Below the pieces are notes generated by a model. It ran no database searches and was not told where the DNA came from. It saw only the letters and a list, made by a program, of their open reading frames with translations. Made by a program: the position numbers and the translations under genes. DNA of 64,000 bases. It comes from Antedon mediterranea (taxonomy: Eukaryota > Animalia > Echinodermata). Location of the stretch: NCBI RefSeq assembly GCF_964355755.1, contig NC_092672.1, positions 36,400,437 through 36,464,436 on the forward strand, read 5' to 3'. Every line of letters starts with the position of its first letter. Positions within the stretch are counted from its first letter, which is position 1. Below, piece after piece: positions 49,300 through 61,645 of the stretch.

Positions 49300-51193
49300 T
49301 TATTTTCTAGCTTCAGCTTCTCCACTATTGTCATCTTCAGCTACTAAACATAGTATATGAGACCAAATGAAAAAAACCTGCAAAAGAATTTATATAATAT
49401 AAATATATACGGTACAGGAAAAAACTTGTGACAGTGATCGATCCATGGCCTAAAAATTGTGAAATTAATTTAATCAGCTATCTTTTGCATTGTAACTATG
49501 TTTCAATGTTTAATTTTCATTACCTCAACTACAAAACACAATGCTCTGCCTGAACTAAGAAAAGCAATGCCAAAATACTGTAGAATCTTTGGTACTGCAA
49601 GATGAGACAACACATTGGTGTAATGGGCATACATCCAAATGGGCAGACCATGAAGACCCAGAATAGCAAATGTTCCCGTAGGAGTTTTAAAATCTGAAAA
49701 ATAATTTGTTTTAAAGAGTTATCAAAGGCATGTTCTCGCACTCGCTAGAATTATAATGATAATGTTCAATTTCATATATATTGCAAAATACAGTGTGCTG
49801 AACAATCAACAGAAAAACAAAATTAAGTCTCATTTGAGTGTTTGTTTGATATGATTTCAAAACGTACTTTTTTCCATAACTTTTCGAACCAACCAAGGCG
49901 TCTCATGAACAACCACTTTCCATCTAGCTCCAAGCGAATGAGTGCAGACAAAAACAAGCCATTCTAACATAGCAATGAAACATCCCCACTAAAAAAACAA
50001 ATGAAAAGGAATTATGAAAGAAGTCAACATAGCAGGCCATGCTGGCGAATATATTGCGGCTTAATCAAAATACAGTCTAAATTTTAGCCAGGAGTTTTTT
50101 ACACAAAATGAGCAAAAATTATAGGTTAAATAAGCATGTCATCACAAATCACAAATTGTTGCTGGTCTTTGAAAATTAAAAGGGCACTTTAAGAAAAGGG
50201 GGTTCGTTAGAACATTCATACTCCCCCCTCCCCTCCCCCTCCCTTCTGGCTACAGGCTTGATAGACGGCTTACCTGATACAAGCGACTCCATAGCATTCC
50301 TCGACCAATATTGTCAATAACAACATCAAACTTTAAAAAAAAAAATTTAATTGAAGTTATTAAATGTAATAGTATTACAGTAATAAGATTTTGTTTATGT
50401 AGAGCATCTTGTGTATGTTTGTCTTGTGAACAAGATTGCTATCTTTAAGAAGGATAGTGAATGAATTCGCTTATATCATTATATCCTATATAAAAACAAA
50501 AACAAATGAAACTCGCATAATTAATTTAGAAGTTGTTTACCCAAGCACCAAATGCTGAACATTGATTCAACTTTCTAGCTGCAATCCCATCAAACACTGC
50601 AAATAAAAGAAAACACAAACATTTTTTTTTTAAATGTTCAGTTATTTATGTATATTTATTTATCTTTATAAATCCAAAGCCAAATTACTGAAAATATTTA
50701 CAATGCTGTATCAGTGGATCTCAATAAGATACAAAATAAAATAAGCAAAAAGCTAAATCAAAAGTCCTTTATTTATATATATTTATTTATTTATGTATAT
50801 TACCAGTCGGCATTTTGATTTTTATCTAAGCTCCGATTCTAGCTCAAGTATTATTTTCAAATGTCATGTGTCTGAACCTAGACTACATTTTAATATAAAA
50901 GAATATTTCGGATTACTTGCCATCTAACACAGCATTCGCACTATATAATGCTAGAAAGACCATAGGGCTCCTGGTGTAAAACAAACAACTTGAAAATAAT
51001 AACGTAAGTCGAGCATAACCTACAAAAAATGTCAAAATATATTAATAAACACTGTTCAATCAATTGGGAATAAATAATAGAAATTTACAGAAATTGATAT
51101 TTCATTAATTTGTCATTTTGACAACAACTAAGTATACCACTTGAGCGACTTACCGATCAGATTAGGAACATACAAAAAAACGGACCTGACCAT
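49300..51193 (-). CDS. CDP-alcohol phosphatidyltransferase, CDIPT/phosphatidylinositol-synthase-like (divergent paralog), 206 aa, 7 exons
   Basis: Minus exons 51193-51154, 51019-50921 (GC donor), 50596-50541, 50330-50274, 49988-49868, 49693-49524, 49377-49300. N-terminus VFLYVPNLIGYAR and the complete signature DxxDGxxARxxxxxxxxGxxxDxxxD (DVFDGIAARKLNQCSAFGAWFDVVID). Not visible as a single ORF in the ORF track. Confidence 0.88.
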
Positions 51194-51967
51194 TTTTGTA
51201 TTTATTATATTTATATGTCACGTGCCTACTTCTTGTTGATGGATGGGGAATTACCCGTGTGGGTAACGATCTCCCACTCTGACTGGTGACTTGGTACTTT
51301 GAGGCCTTTTAAAATAATTAAAAGCACGTTTTCTTCAGCTAGTACATAATTATTAAGAACTTGATGTTTAGTAGAACTTGATTTTACACCGTTTCTGTTG
51401 TGACCACCACACGTACCCCACCACACAACCAGTTTCCAAAAGAAATTGCAGTATTAAAGCACAAGGACTAAAATACCAGTTAGTCGATCGGCTATCAGCG
51501 CGATAGAGATCCTGCTGCAGACTGTCCGCCATGCGGTATGTCTGCCAGGCGGTATGTCCGCCAGGGGAACATATTCTCGACGATACCATTTTTTTAAAAG
51601 GGAAAATATCTGTACTTTGTTTCTGTAATGTCTGCAAGGCGGTATGTCTGCCAGGGGGAACATATTCCTGACGATACCATTTTTTTAGAGGGAAAAATTA
51701 TATGTACTTTGTTTCTGTAAGTAAATTGCGTTACTAAAGCGTCACTTTTCCTAGAGTTGCGTCGACATATCCAAATGGCAGTTTGATAGACCATAATCCG
51801 AGGTGTTTTGTATATCGAATTTTTTTCTGTTCGGTTTTTATATACAATATTTTTATCAGTAGAATATTCTGTGAATCTAACCTGTTTCTTGCAGGTCGTT
51901 TATCCCATCTTAGATCTCCACATGATGAATACATTAAAAAATAACATCAAAACTATAACAACCTTAA

Positions 51968-52560
51968 AGGCCAGGTGCGGGCAAAAAATTTCTATTGATC
52001 ATACATTCCAATAATTATCGATCTATAGTTTCCCCTATGTTTCATAATTTTTGGGATTTTATTTGTGTTACACGAGCTTGTTGAAAATAAGCACTTTCTT
52101 ATCAGTGGGGGGATAGTTCAAATTACACAGTAAAATCTCTATTCTTTTGTACACAAATTTTGTAAATAGAGAGGCATTTTAAAAAGCTATGAAAAATAAA
52201 CGGTGTGGTAAAAAATGTTATCAGATGACTAAATATAGGTAATATAACTTGAATATTACATTTCTGGTATTTTTATTCAACTTCAGATTTTTATTTTCAT
52301 GCTATAGCAAAAATTATCCACCGTATATCCACCACCGTTTTTCACCTTCTAGGGAGTCACCAGACATGTTATTACATTAGGTTAACTACCTAACTACTGA
52401 AAAAAGTCTTTTTGGTTTTTATAGAAGAATTTTACAAAATTTTGTATTTGACCATATTAAGGGAAATTCATGTTTTTTCATCTTGATTTCTGTTACAAAT
52501 ATTTGATTTATGTACAATTAACCAAATATTATATTTAAAATTCATGCCTGTACCTGAGCT
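51968..52560. mobile_element. Kolobok-like non-autonomous element nested in the Mutator-like element
   Basis: TTAA on both flanks; imperfect TIRs AGGCCAGGTGCGGGCA and (reverse complement) AGCTCAGGTACAGGCA starting with RR. Confidence 0.55.
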
Positions 52561-53519
52561 TTAAAACAAACAAATTAATGCTAGACATCACACAACGTAG
52601 GCCTAAAAAATAACTGCATTGTCCGTATTGTAGGAACGGCTGAAAACCGTCGCCGGTGGCCATCCTTTGCATATAATACTAGTATTATTAACTAGCATAG
52701 CTTTATCTTTATACTGTTATTGTTATACTACTGTGTACTACATTGGCCATTATTTACCGAATTACTGTATATCTGATTCTTCATAATTTCAAAATCATAT
52801 TAATTTTTCATATCATTTTTATTGTTTCACAGTACATACAATTTTATAAAACAAATTACAAGAAAAAGCCTTGTTAAAAATGATGTGTGGAATCTAAAAA
52901 AAAGGATTTTTGGTCTGGTGAGTTTCCAAAAGACATTAAACATTACAATGTAAAACATAAAAAAGACTTCCTAAACATAAGATATAATTTATAAATTCCA
53001 TAGGAGCAAACTATAATGAATATTGATAGATTGACTTATTATTTGTATTTTTTTTAAAGAAAGTAAGGTTCGGGTAATAATTTAATGTTTAACCAATGTA
53101 ACCTTTATTATGATTATTGTTTTAAATACAACCTAATTTAAGTAGCATATCTTTCAAAATACTACAGAATACTGTAGCAGAAATATTACAGACAAACTGT
53201 AAATTCAAACATACTGCACCCTTCAACACAGTGCATTTAATTAAGACATTTGTAATAGTAAAACGAAAGGCTTGTAGACGAATGGACAAATGACATCTGC
53301 ATGCAAAAATAAGGTTAAGTTTAAAAATGGATAACTTTGGGTTATGAAAATATTCATAATGTGTCTACTGTTTTGTTTTAATTTTAAATCAACTTTTTTC
53401 GACTAATTTTTGGTGAAAGTTAATAACTATTATGATACTTCAAAATGACCAACTTTTTTTCGAAATATTAATTTTTTTAAATAAATTTATTTTGTTGAAT
53501 TAGTCAAAGGGACAATACA

Positions 53520-54055
53520 TCTTAACGTTGAAATAATATTGAAAAACAAACGTAATAATGGCGTTAACACAATGTAATTTCAACCTTTATTCAATGTTGA
53601 AAAAATTTTGTCATTTTAACCAAAAATGCCAAATGGATTTTAACGTTGAATTAACGTTAACATTATATTGTGTTATAAACGTAACACAATGTTCAATTCA
53701 AATCATGTTGCCATTTTAACCAAAAGCCAGCTCGATTATAACGTTAAATTATCGTTGAAATGAGATTGATATAGAAACGTAATACTGTAATGGAGTTAAA
53801 ACATGAAAACATAATTTCAACCTTTATTCAATGATGAAAACATGTTGTCATTTTAACCAAAAATGCCAACTCGATTTTAACGTTAAATTAACGTTGAAAA
53901 GAGATTGCTAAAGAAACGTAATACTGTAAAGGGGTTAAAACATGAAAGCATAATTTATAACTACCTCTTTCAATCTTTTTTCAACATTGAAAACATATCC
54001 TTTTAACCAAATTCGACTGGATTTTAACGTTAAATTAAATTGATAAATAAACGTA
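53520..54055. repeat. Degenerate tandem repeat of ~100-130-bp AACGTT-rich units
   Basis: Recurrent TTAACGTT(G/A)AA, AAACGTAA and CATTTTAACCAAAA blocks, 4-5 times. Confidence 0.75.
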
Positions 54056-54060
54056 AACGG

Positions 54061-56560
54061 TTGGGCGATGACATCAACGGCTTATCTGATGTTTATATAG
54101 AACGTACCTGTTGCTATAATTTGTAATTGATTCATATAAATGTACAAAATAAAAATTTATGTAAAGATGCCCTTAAACACTCTCTGGCGGACAATTCGGT
54201 TACACAAGGTGTAGGCTTATCCCTTCACGTCCACACCATCCCACTCCCCCTCCGTTCAACATATTGACCAACTCTCTCCCCCTCCCCATCCATGCTCAAA
54301 TACACGATCACACCCAGACAAATTATTAAGAACGTAGGTCCAAAAACTCACTCTGGTAGACAAACTGCATATTAGGCCTATATCTATATTAAAACAAACT
54401 GTATTTCTCTGCTTTTTTAAACGGACATTAAAAAAACGGTACGATGTATAGTCAAGACTCATAATTTATCTCAGTCTGGAAGTATCACATTTAAAAAATT
54501 AAATGTAAATCAAATTTTTTTCAAAATATCGTAATTCAATAAACTCTCTCTCTAGTGGACAGTTTGGCTATCTTTACCGTTATAACAAATATTGGAACGT
54601 TTCTGGGCGATGAAATCAACGGCTTATCTGATGTTTATATAGAACGTACCTGTTGCTATAATTTGTAATTGATCCATATAAAAATGTACTAAATACACAT
54701 TAATGTAAAGATGCCCTTAAACTCTCTCTGGCGGAGACTTAAGTTACACACGGTGTAGGCCTATCTCTACACACCATACCCCCTTCCACCCCCTCCGTTC
54801 AACAATTATCGACCAAACATGAACCCCCCCCCCCTCCCCATCCAAGCTCAAATACACGATCACACCTAGACAAATTATTTAGTTAAAAAAGAACGTAGGT
54901 CCAAAAACTCCCTCTGGTGGACAAACTGCATAGGCCTATATCTATATTAAAACAAACTGCATTTCTCTGCTATTTTTAAACGGACATTCAAATACGGTAC
55001 GATGTGTATGTGTATAGTCAAGACTTGTCTCAGTCTAGAAGTATCACATTTAAAAATTAATTTATATCATATTTTTTTCGGTGACAGAATATCGCCAAAT
55101 GTAGGCCTATCCCTTCACACTATACCTCCCCCAGCCCCCTCCATTCCAAATAATGGCACGTTGTTGGGAGATGAAATCAACGGCTTATCTGATGTTTATA
55201 TAGAACGTACCTGTTGCTATAATTTGTAATTGATTCATAATAATGTACAAAATACAAATTTATGTAAAGATGCCCTTAAACTCTCTCTGGCGGACAATTC
55301 GGTTACACACGGTGTAGGCCTATCCCTACACACCATACATCACCCCCCCCCCCCCCCCCCCGTTCAACATATCGACCAAACATGAACTCCCTCCCCCTTT
55401 GCTCAAATACACGATCACACCCAGACAAATTATTTAGTTAAAAAAGAACTTAGGTCCAAAAACTCCCTCTGGTGGACAAACTGCATATTAGGCCTATATC
55501 TATATTAAAACAAACTGTATTTCTCTGCTATTTTTAGACGGACATTAAAAATGTATATGTAGGCCTATAGTCAAGACAAAATTTGTCACCGTCTGGAAAT
55601 ATTACATTAACAAAATTAAATGTATATCATATATTTTTCGACAGAATATAGTTATTCAATAAACTCTCTCTCTAGTGGACAGTTGGGCTATCTTTTACGT
55701 TATAACAAATATTGGCACGTGTTGGGCGATGAATTCAACGGCTTATCTGATATTTATATAAAACGTACCTGTTGCTATAATTTGTAATTGATCCATATAA
55801 ATGTACTAAATACAAATTTATGTAAAGATGCCCTTTAAATCTCTCTGGCGGACAATTCAGTTACACACGGTGTAGGCTTCACACCATACCCCCGCCCCCC
55901 GCACCCTCCGTTCAACATATCGACTAAACATGAACTAACGCCCCCTCCCCATCCAAGCTCAAATACACGATCACAACCAGACAAATTATTTGGTTAAAAA
56001 AGAACTTAGGCCCGTCCAAAAACTCTCTCTGGTGGACAAACTGCATATTAGGCCTATATCTTTAGGCCTATATTAAAACAAACTGCATTTCTCTGCTATT
56101 TTTAAACGGACATTAAAAAACGGTACGATGTATAGTCAAGACTCATAATTTTTAACCGTCTGGAAGTAGGCCTATCACATTAAAAAAATTAAATGTATAT
56201 CATATTTTTTTCGGTGACAGAATATTGTAATTTAATAAACTCTCTCTTTAGTGGATAGTTGGGATATCTTTTACGTTATAACAAATATTGGCACGTTTTT
56301 GGGCGATGAAATCAACGGCTTATCTGATGTTTATGTATCATAACGTACCTGTTGCCTGTTATAATTTGTAATTGATCCATATAAATGTAAATATAAATTA
56401 ATGTAAAGATGCACTTAAAAGCTCTTTCTGGCGGACACTGTTACAGTTACACACGATGTAGGCATATCCATTGACACCATGCCCCCTCCTAACCCCTCCG
56501 TTCAACATATTATCGACCAAACATGAACTCACCTCCCCCCCCCCCCTCCCAATCCAAGTC
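54061..56560. repeat. Satellite-like tandem array, ~540-580-bp unit, ~4.5 copies
   Basis: Unit starts GGGCGATGAAATCAACGGCTTATCTGATG near 54061, 54603, 55165, 55722, 56300; each unit has poly-C tracts. Confidence 0.92.
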
Positions 56561-59500
56561 CGTTTTCCTTTGTAAAAATAATAATAAACAATTAAACATA
56601 ATGTCACATGGGCCTAAAACAACTTAAGATTAAACAATAATTATAATTATAGATAAAATTCGGAGAGCTATATAGGGTGCAAGATAATAATAATAACAAT
56701 ATTTAATAATAATAATGAATAATCATAGGCTTATAATGAGTTATGTGAGAGTACTTAGACAAAACTGTCGGGATATCTAAAATGTTAACTAAGCTAAAAT
56801 ATTCTGTATCTCCCAAAACATGCGTAAATTTCGTAGGAGCATGCAACGTATTATTGTTGTAATTCAATAGGGGGTTTACTCTGTTACGGGATACTAAAAT
56901 TGTAGAACAGTGTTGTACCACTACCAGAGAGATTTTAAAATCTTTGGTCGTATTACTTACTCTTTCATTATAGCTCTGTTATAAATGTAGAAATAGCGCC
57001 CTCTGTTGCCAATATTTTCTAATTCGTCAATGTTTAAAAAAATCACAATAGACAATTGTAAAAGGTCATTTATTAATTAAATAGAACAAAAAACTACACA
57101 CAGTATATCAAATACCAGTATAAGTAATACCAATACGAGTAATTGACCACACTGTAGATACAATAATTACCCACTGTAAAATGGAATCGCCGGGCTATTG
57201 TACTAGTTACAGTAATTACCCACTGTAAAATGGAATCGTCGGGCAATTTGACAAGGTACCGGTTGGCGGACACAAACTCCCTCTAGTAGACATACCGCAT
57301 GGCGGACAGTCTGCAGCAACATGCAATTGATCAGCGCGGCTGCTGCACTTGATCGCTTATCGGGTTTTTGGTTTATGTTTACGTAACAGCGACCTCTATA
57401 ATAAATGCGTCTAACACGCCTTTTAATTGGTCAATATTATTGTCGGTGTACTGCTATATCCTCCTGTGGACCAATGCTAAGTTGTGTACCACACGTCATA
57501 CAGTGGGAAAGCCACTTCGCGTTTTGACCGTTAAATCGTGTAAAATCGACTTACTTCCGCATTGACGATTTTGAAGCGCCACCTATCGTTGAAAACTGAA
57601 ACCACGATTTTTCGTCGCCTAGCAAATAAGTGCTGTTTTATTTTAAGCTCTCATGAATATTTAAGAACCGCCCAACATTACCTATTATGGTAAAAGCATT
57701 TCCTAATAAGTATAATTGAATAACCAATCGGTTTCTTTCAAAGAAACCGAAGCTAATACAATACATTCGGCGACTGAAGTCGGGACTCGTGAAATTTATA
57801 AATGTGGTACGATTTGACTACTGTGTTGTTGTCCATTTTCTGAATAGTCGGAGGTGCATCCCAACAAATTAAAACAATTATAATCAATTGTTTTATCAAG
57901 AATAATATTAGTTTAATCGAGTATGATATATTTCTATCCTGTTCAAAATTTGTTGGTGTATTCTCAGGCCTCGAAAGGTAGGTACATTTTCTAGCTGTGA
58001 GCGTGGTTTCGGCAACGCGAGACACGTGTGTCAGTATAGGCGATAGCGAGACGTGTGTTGTACTGTGTTGATGCTGATCCGATAGTCGTTAAGTTGTACT
58101 GATTACGAGTATCATTGGTCCTGGCCGGCCTAGCCTGGTGATCTGATCCCCCCCAAAAAATACTTTTTTTCAATCAGTATTAATATATTATTTGATTTAT
58201 TAGGCTCAATAGATGCCTAGCTAGGCTACTAGTAGGCCTAGGCCTAGATTATAAATAATAATAGTAAATACTGTAATTTAATTAATAAAATACAGCTTCC
58301 ATTTGCCTTACTTTTATGTCATCATATAATATATTATAATTATATATACAACCAGACATTAAAATTTTTTAAAATAATATTTATTATTTTTTCTGACACT
58401 TTCAGGAATCGTTGATGATGCAGAGTTCTTTTTCTTTGTGACTTCAAACTGAGAGTGAAGTGGATAAAAAGATGACACTGTCATACCCAAACTATAATTT
58501 AATTATTTAAAACAAAATGTTGAATTACAAAAATGTATGTTGCAGAGGATTTAGATGAATATTACAATACAAATATTTATGTTGAATGCAAACCTACTAC
58601 ACTATACTCTGTAAATTATGTTATTGTCATGTGGTAGACCTTAAAAATTGAATATTTATTGTATGTTAGGGCTATTTTATATTTTATTATTATTAATACT
58701 GAATTAGTTTAATATTTATACTACAATGTATTAATTTATATTATAGTATACAGTACTACTACTACTAGTTTGTACATGTTTTTACCCAAAAAAAATGAAT
58801 AAATAATTTGTTATTCAATCTAATTGCTTGTTTGTTCATCAATAGCAAAACAATTGTAAGCAAGTATATAACAGTTCTTGTTAGCCGCTTATTTCAGGTC
58901 ATATTATTAGTATTAGCTAGGCCCGACGCGCCCGATCACAACGTCACTAAGTGACTTTCCGCCCCTGGAACCATCGCTCGCTAATAGGGCTAGGCCTCGG
59001 ACTCGTATAAAAGCTATTATAATAGTTATGATAAATATTCCTCAACTAAAATGTATACTGTGATAAATAAACAAGTAATAATATACGTTGTATTGGAATG
59101 TATTTATTTATATGAATTCTTATATGCGGACAATTATAAACATCGCGTATATCGTTCGCTATAAATAAATTCATAAACACGATGACGATGAGTTTACAAA
59201 ATGGCGGTTTCGCTAGTTTTCGATGGAACAAATAGTGGTACCTTTAGTTTGAATAGTCGGAGCTGCATCCCAACCACCGAATTTTGTATCTTAATATCGT
59301 ATTCTGTAGATTATTAATTTTTCTAACAGGGATTTTAAATTCAGGACTGTTCAATTTTTCTAAACATTTTATTTTAATGATTTTCTAGGGTACAATTTCG
59401 GAAAAAAGACATTGGTTGATTTTGCCGTTAAATTACAGATTATCGTTTTGTTCAAATACATTTAATTTTACATGAGAATATATTAAAACCATTTATGAAT

Positions 59501-59721
59501 TTATTTCACTAACAATATTTTTCCGATAATCAGCTAAATTTACAAATATTGTGTTTTTCCAACACCCTAAAATTGAGCAATTTTCAACTAAATTAGAAAA
59601 GTAGGGCGCCCTCTCCGAGTCGAAATTTGACACGATTTGTCGACTGGCTGTCCCACTGCATAAACGTAACATATGTTGTATTTTATTATAGACGATGGCG
59701 TAGTGAGTACGAAAGTTAAAT

Positions 59722-60553
59722 ATGTGTCGCGTAATTATACAGTTTTATATAGTTTTTATTCTTTTTTTTTGTTTAATTTTGAAGGGAACTTTATCATCAA
59801 GTTCGACAACCACCATAGATACATCTAGGTATTATGATTACGAGTCATTGACTGAATTATTGAGGCGATATGCGAACATGTACCCGGACATAGTCCGTTT
59901 GAAAAGTGTAGGGAAAAGTGTGTCAAACCGTGAATTATGGGCTATGCAGATTACAGACAACCCTGATGATGTAGAGAAAGGGGAGCCATGGTTTAAATAT
60001 GTTGGCAACATGCATGGAAATGAGGTCATAGGTCGACAGATTTTAATCTATTTAATTGAATATTTATGCAAAAACTACGGAACTAATGAACGAGTAACAA
60101 AATTAGTTGATGAAACAAATATTTTTATTATGCCCTCAATGAATCCCGACGGATTTGAATTGGCGCAGGTCGGTGATTGCGATGGAACAAAAGGTCGAAG
60201 AAATGCTAACAATTTTGATTTAAACCGAAACTTTCCTGATCAGTTTCGTAAAACCGGTCAACCGACGCAACAAATTGAGACGCTATTATTAATTAATTGG
60301 ATCGAAAATAATCCATTTGTTTTGTCGGCGAATCTCCACGGTGGTAGTCTTGTTGCTAGTTATCCGTTTGATGATTCACATTCGCATTCTGAAAATCACT
60401 ATAGCGCAGCGCCGGATGACGATTTGTTCAAGCACCTTGCTAAAGTGTACGCCAATTGGCATAAAACAATGCATATAGAGGAAGGATGCAGAAATTGGAA
60501 CGACCATTTTCCAGGAGGAGTTACAAATGGTGCCCAGTGGTATGACGTACCAG
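59722..60553 (+). CDS. CPD: Carboxypeptidase D-like M14B metallocarboxypeptidase, first coding exon (gene continues beyond the window)
   Basis: Signal peptide, then FKYVGNMHGNEVIGRQ (Zn ligands HxxE), RRNANNFDLNRNFPD, LSANLHGGSLVASYPFDD, NGAQWYDVPG; donor CAG|GTGAG after 60553. CPD versus another N/E-subfamily member cannot be fully fixed from one exon. Confidence 0.85.
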
Positions 60554-61406
60554 GTGAGAAAGACAGCTTTTCTCTTCACATTTATTCATTTATTTATTTA
60601 AGATGTATTTTCAGTCAACTGCCTGGTAGTTTTGTTTTCAAATTAAAATAATATACAGTAGAAAAAGGTACTAATACTTTCAAACCTCAGTCTCTCCACT
60701 TAACCCAGTTTGCGGCGGTGATACTCATGCTGAGTGACTGAAGTCTTATGCTTTACGACTTTAAATGCAAAAAAAAGTACAATACCTCCGAAAATATACA
60801 TGCGCAGCCGCAAGCAGACTACGTCTCACTTTATACAGTGTACTGTACAGTTTCTATAGGCCTATTATGTACACATTTGATAGTCAAAAAAAGAAATATA
60901 CCGTAATTTAAAATGATCCAGGCCTCTCGATTGGAAGCTAGAAAAGCTTACCTCACGAAGGCCCCGACAGTACAATTTGTATTTTATTATGACATGTCCA
61001 TTAAATGGAATCGTAACATTTAATATTTAAAACAACATTTTAACATTTTTAAAGAGAATATGTTTTTATTAATAGCCTGTCTAGACATACTTGTGATGTA
61101 ATTCTTCTCCATTAAACTATTCAATATGTCAAATAATTTTTGACAGTTTTTTTTTGTAGTAGTTTTTATTTAGTATTGTATATTATATCTTGTGATTATA
61201 TGAATCTATACAAAATTTTTCCATACAATATGGAAATAACAATCTGATGGAAATGATAGGTATAGAAAATCAAACAAAGGTATGACCTGATATTGTGGTT
61301 ACGGTAACCTGGTAACCACAATTTAAACCAAAGAGGAAACACATTTCTTAAAGGCTTCTCAAATTTCAAACATACTGTCAGTGTTTTTAAACATACAAAC
61401 ACTAAA

Positions 61407-61559
61407 GCCTTGTCTACACTATCAAACTTTATGTGACAAAAAAATGTGATGTGCCCATATATGCCCATATCACTACCATATTTGGGAATATCACTACCAT
61501 ATTTGGGCACAAGACATCACACTTTTTTGTCAAACTAGTTTGATAAGTGTAGACAGACT
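61407..61559. mobile_element. MITE family A copy
   Basis: TIRs and internal units, in CPD intron 1. Confidence 0.8.
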
Positions 61560-61645
61560 ATAAAGCTAAAATGTAGTGTAAATGGTGGTATTCTGGTTTA
61601 GTATCAGTATGCTTTTAGTTTCAATATGTAAAAGAAGAGCTTTAA

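Larger units (their letters stand above)
51503..57329. mobile_element. 5.8-kb non-autonomous Mutator-like DNA element
   Basis: Perfect 31-bp inverted repeat TGCTGCAGACTGTCCGCCATGCGGTATGTCT at 51513-51543 and 57288-57318; 9-bp direct repeat ATCAGCGCG at 51494-51502 and 57330-57338; subterminal tandem repeats at both ends; no transposase ORF. The outermost 10-11 bp do not match each other. Confidence 0.72.

Noticed and set aside
51368-51794. Overlapping minus-strand ORFs upstream of the CDIPT-like gene as a transposase
   Set aside because: Short translations of TIR and subterminal repeats with no DDE or other domain motif.
54061-56560. CRISPR-like reading of the recurring short motifs
   Set aside because: The sequences between motifs are themselves repeated in each ~560-bp unit (a satellite), the context is eukaryotic and there are no cas genes.
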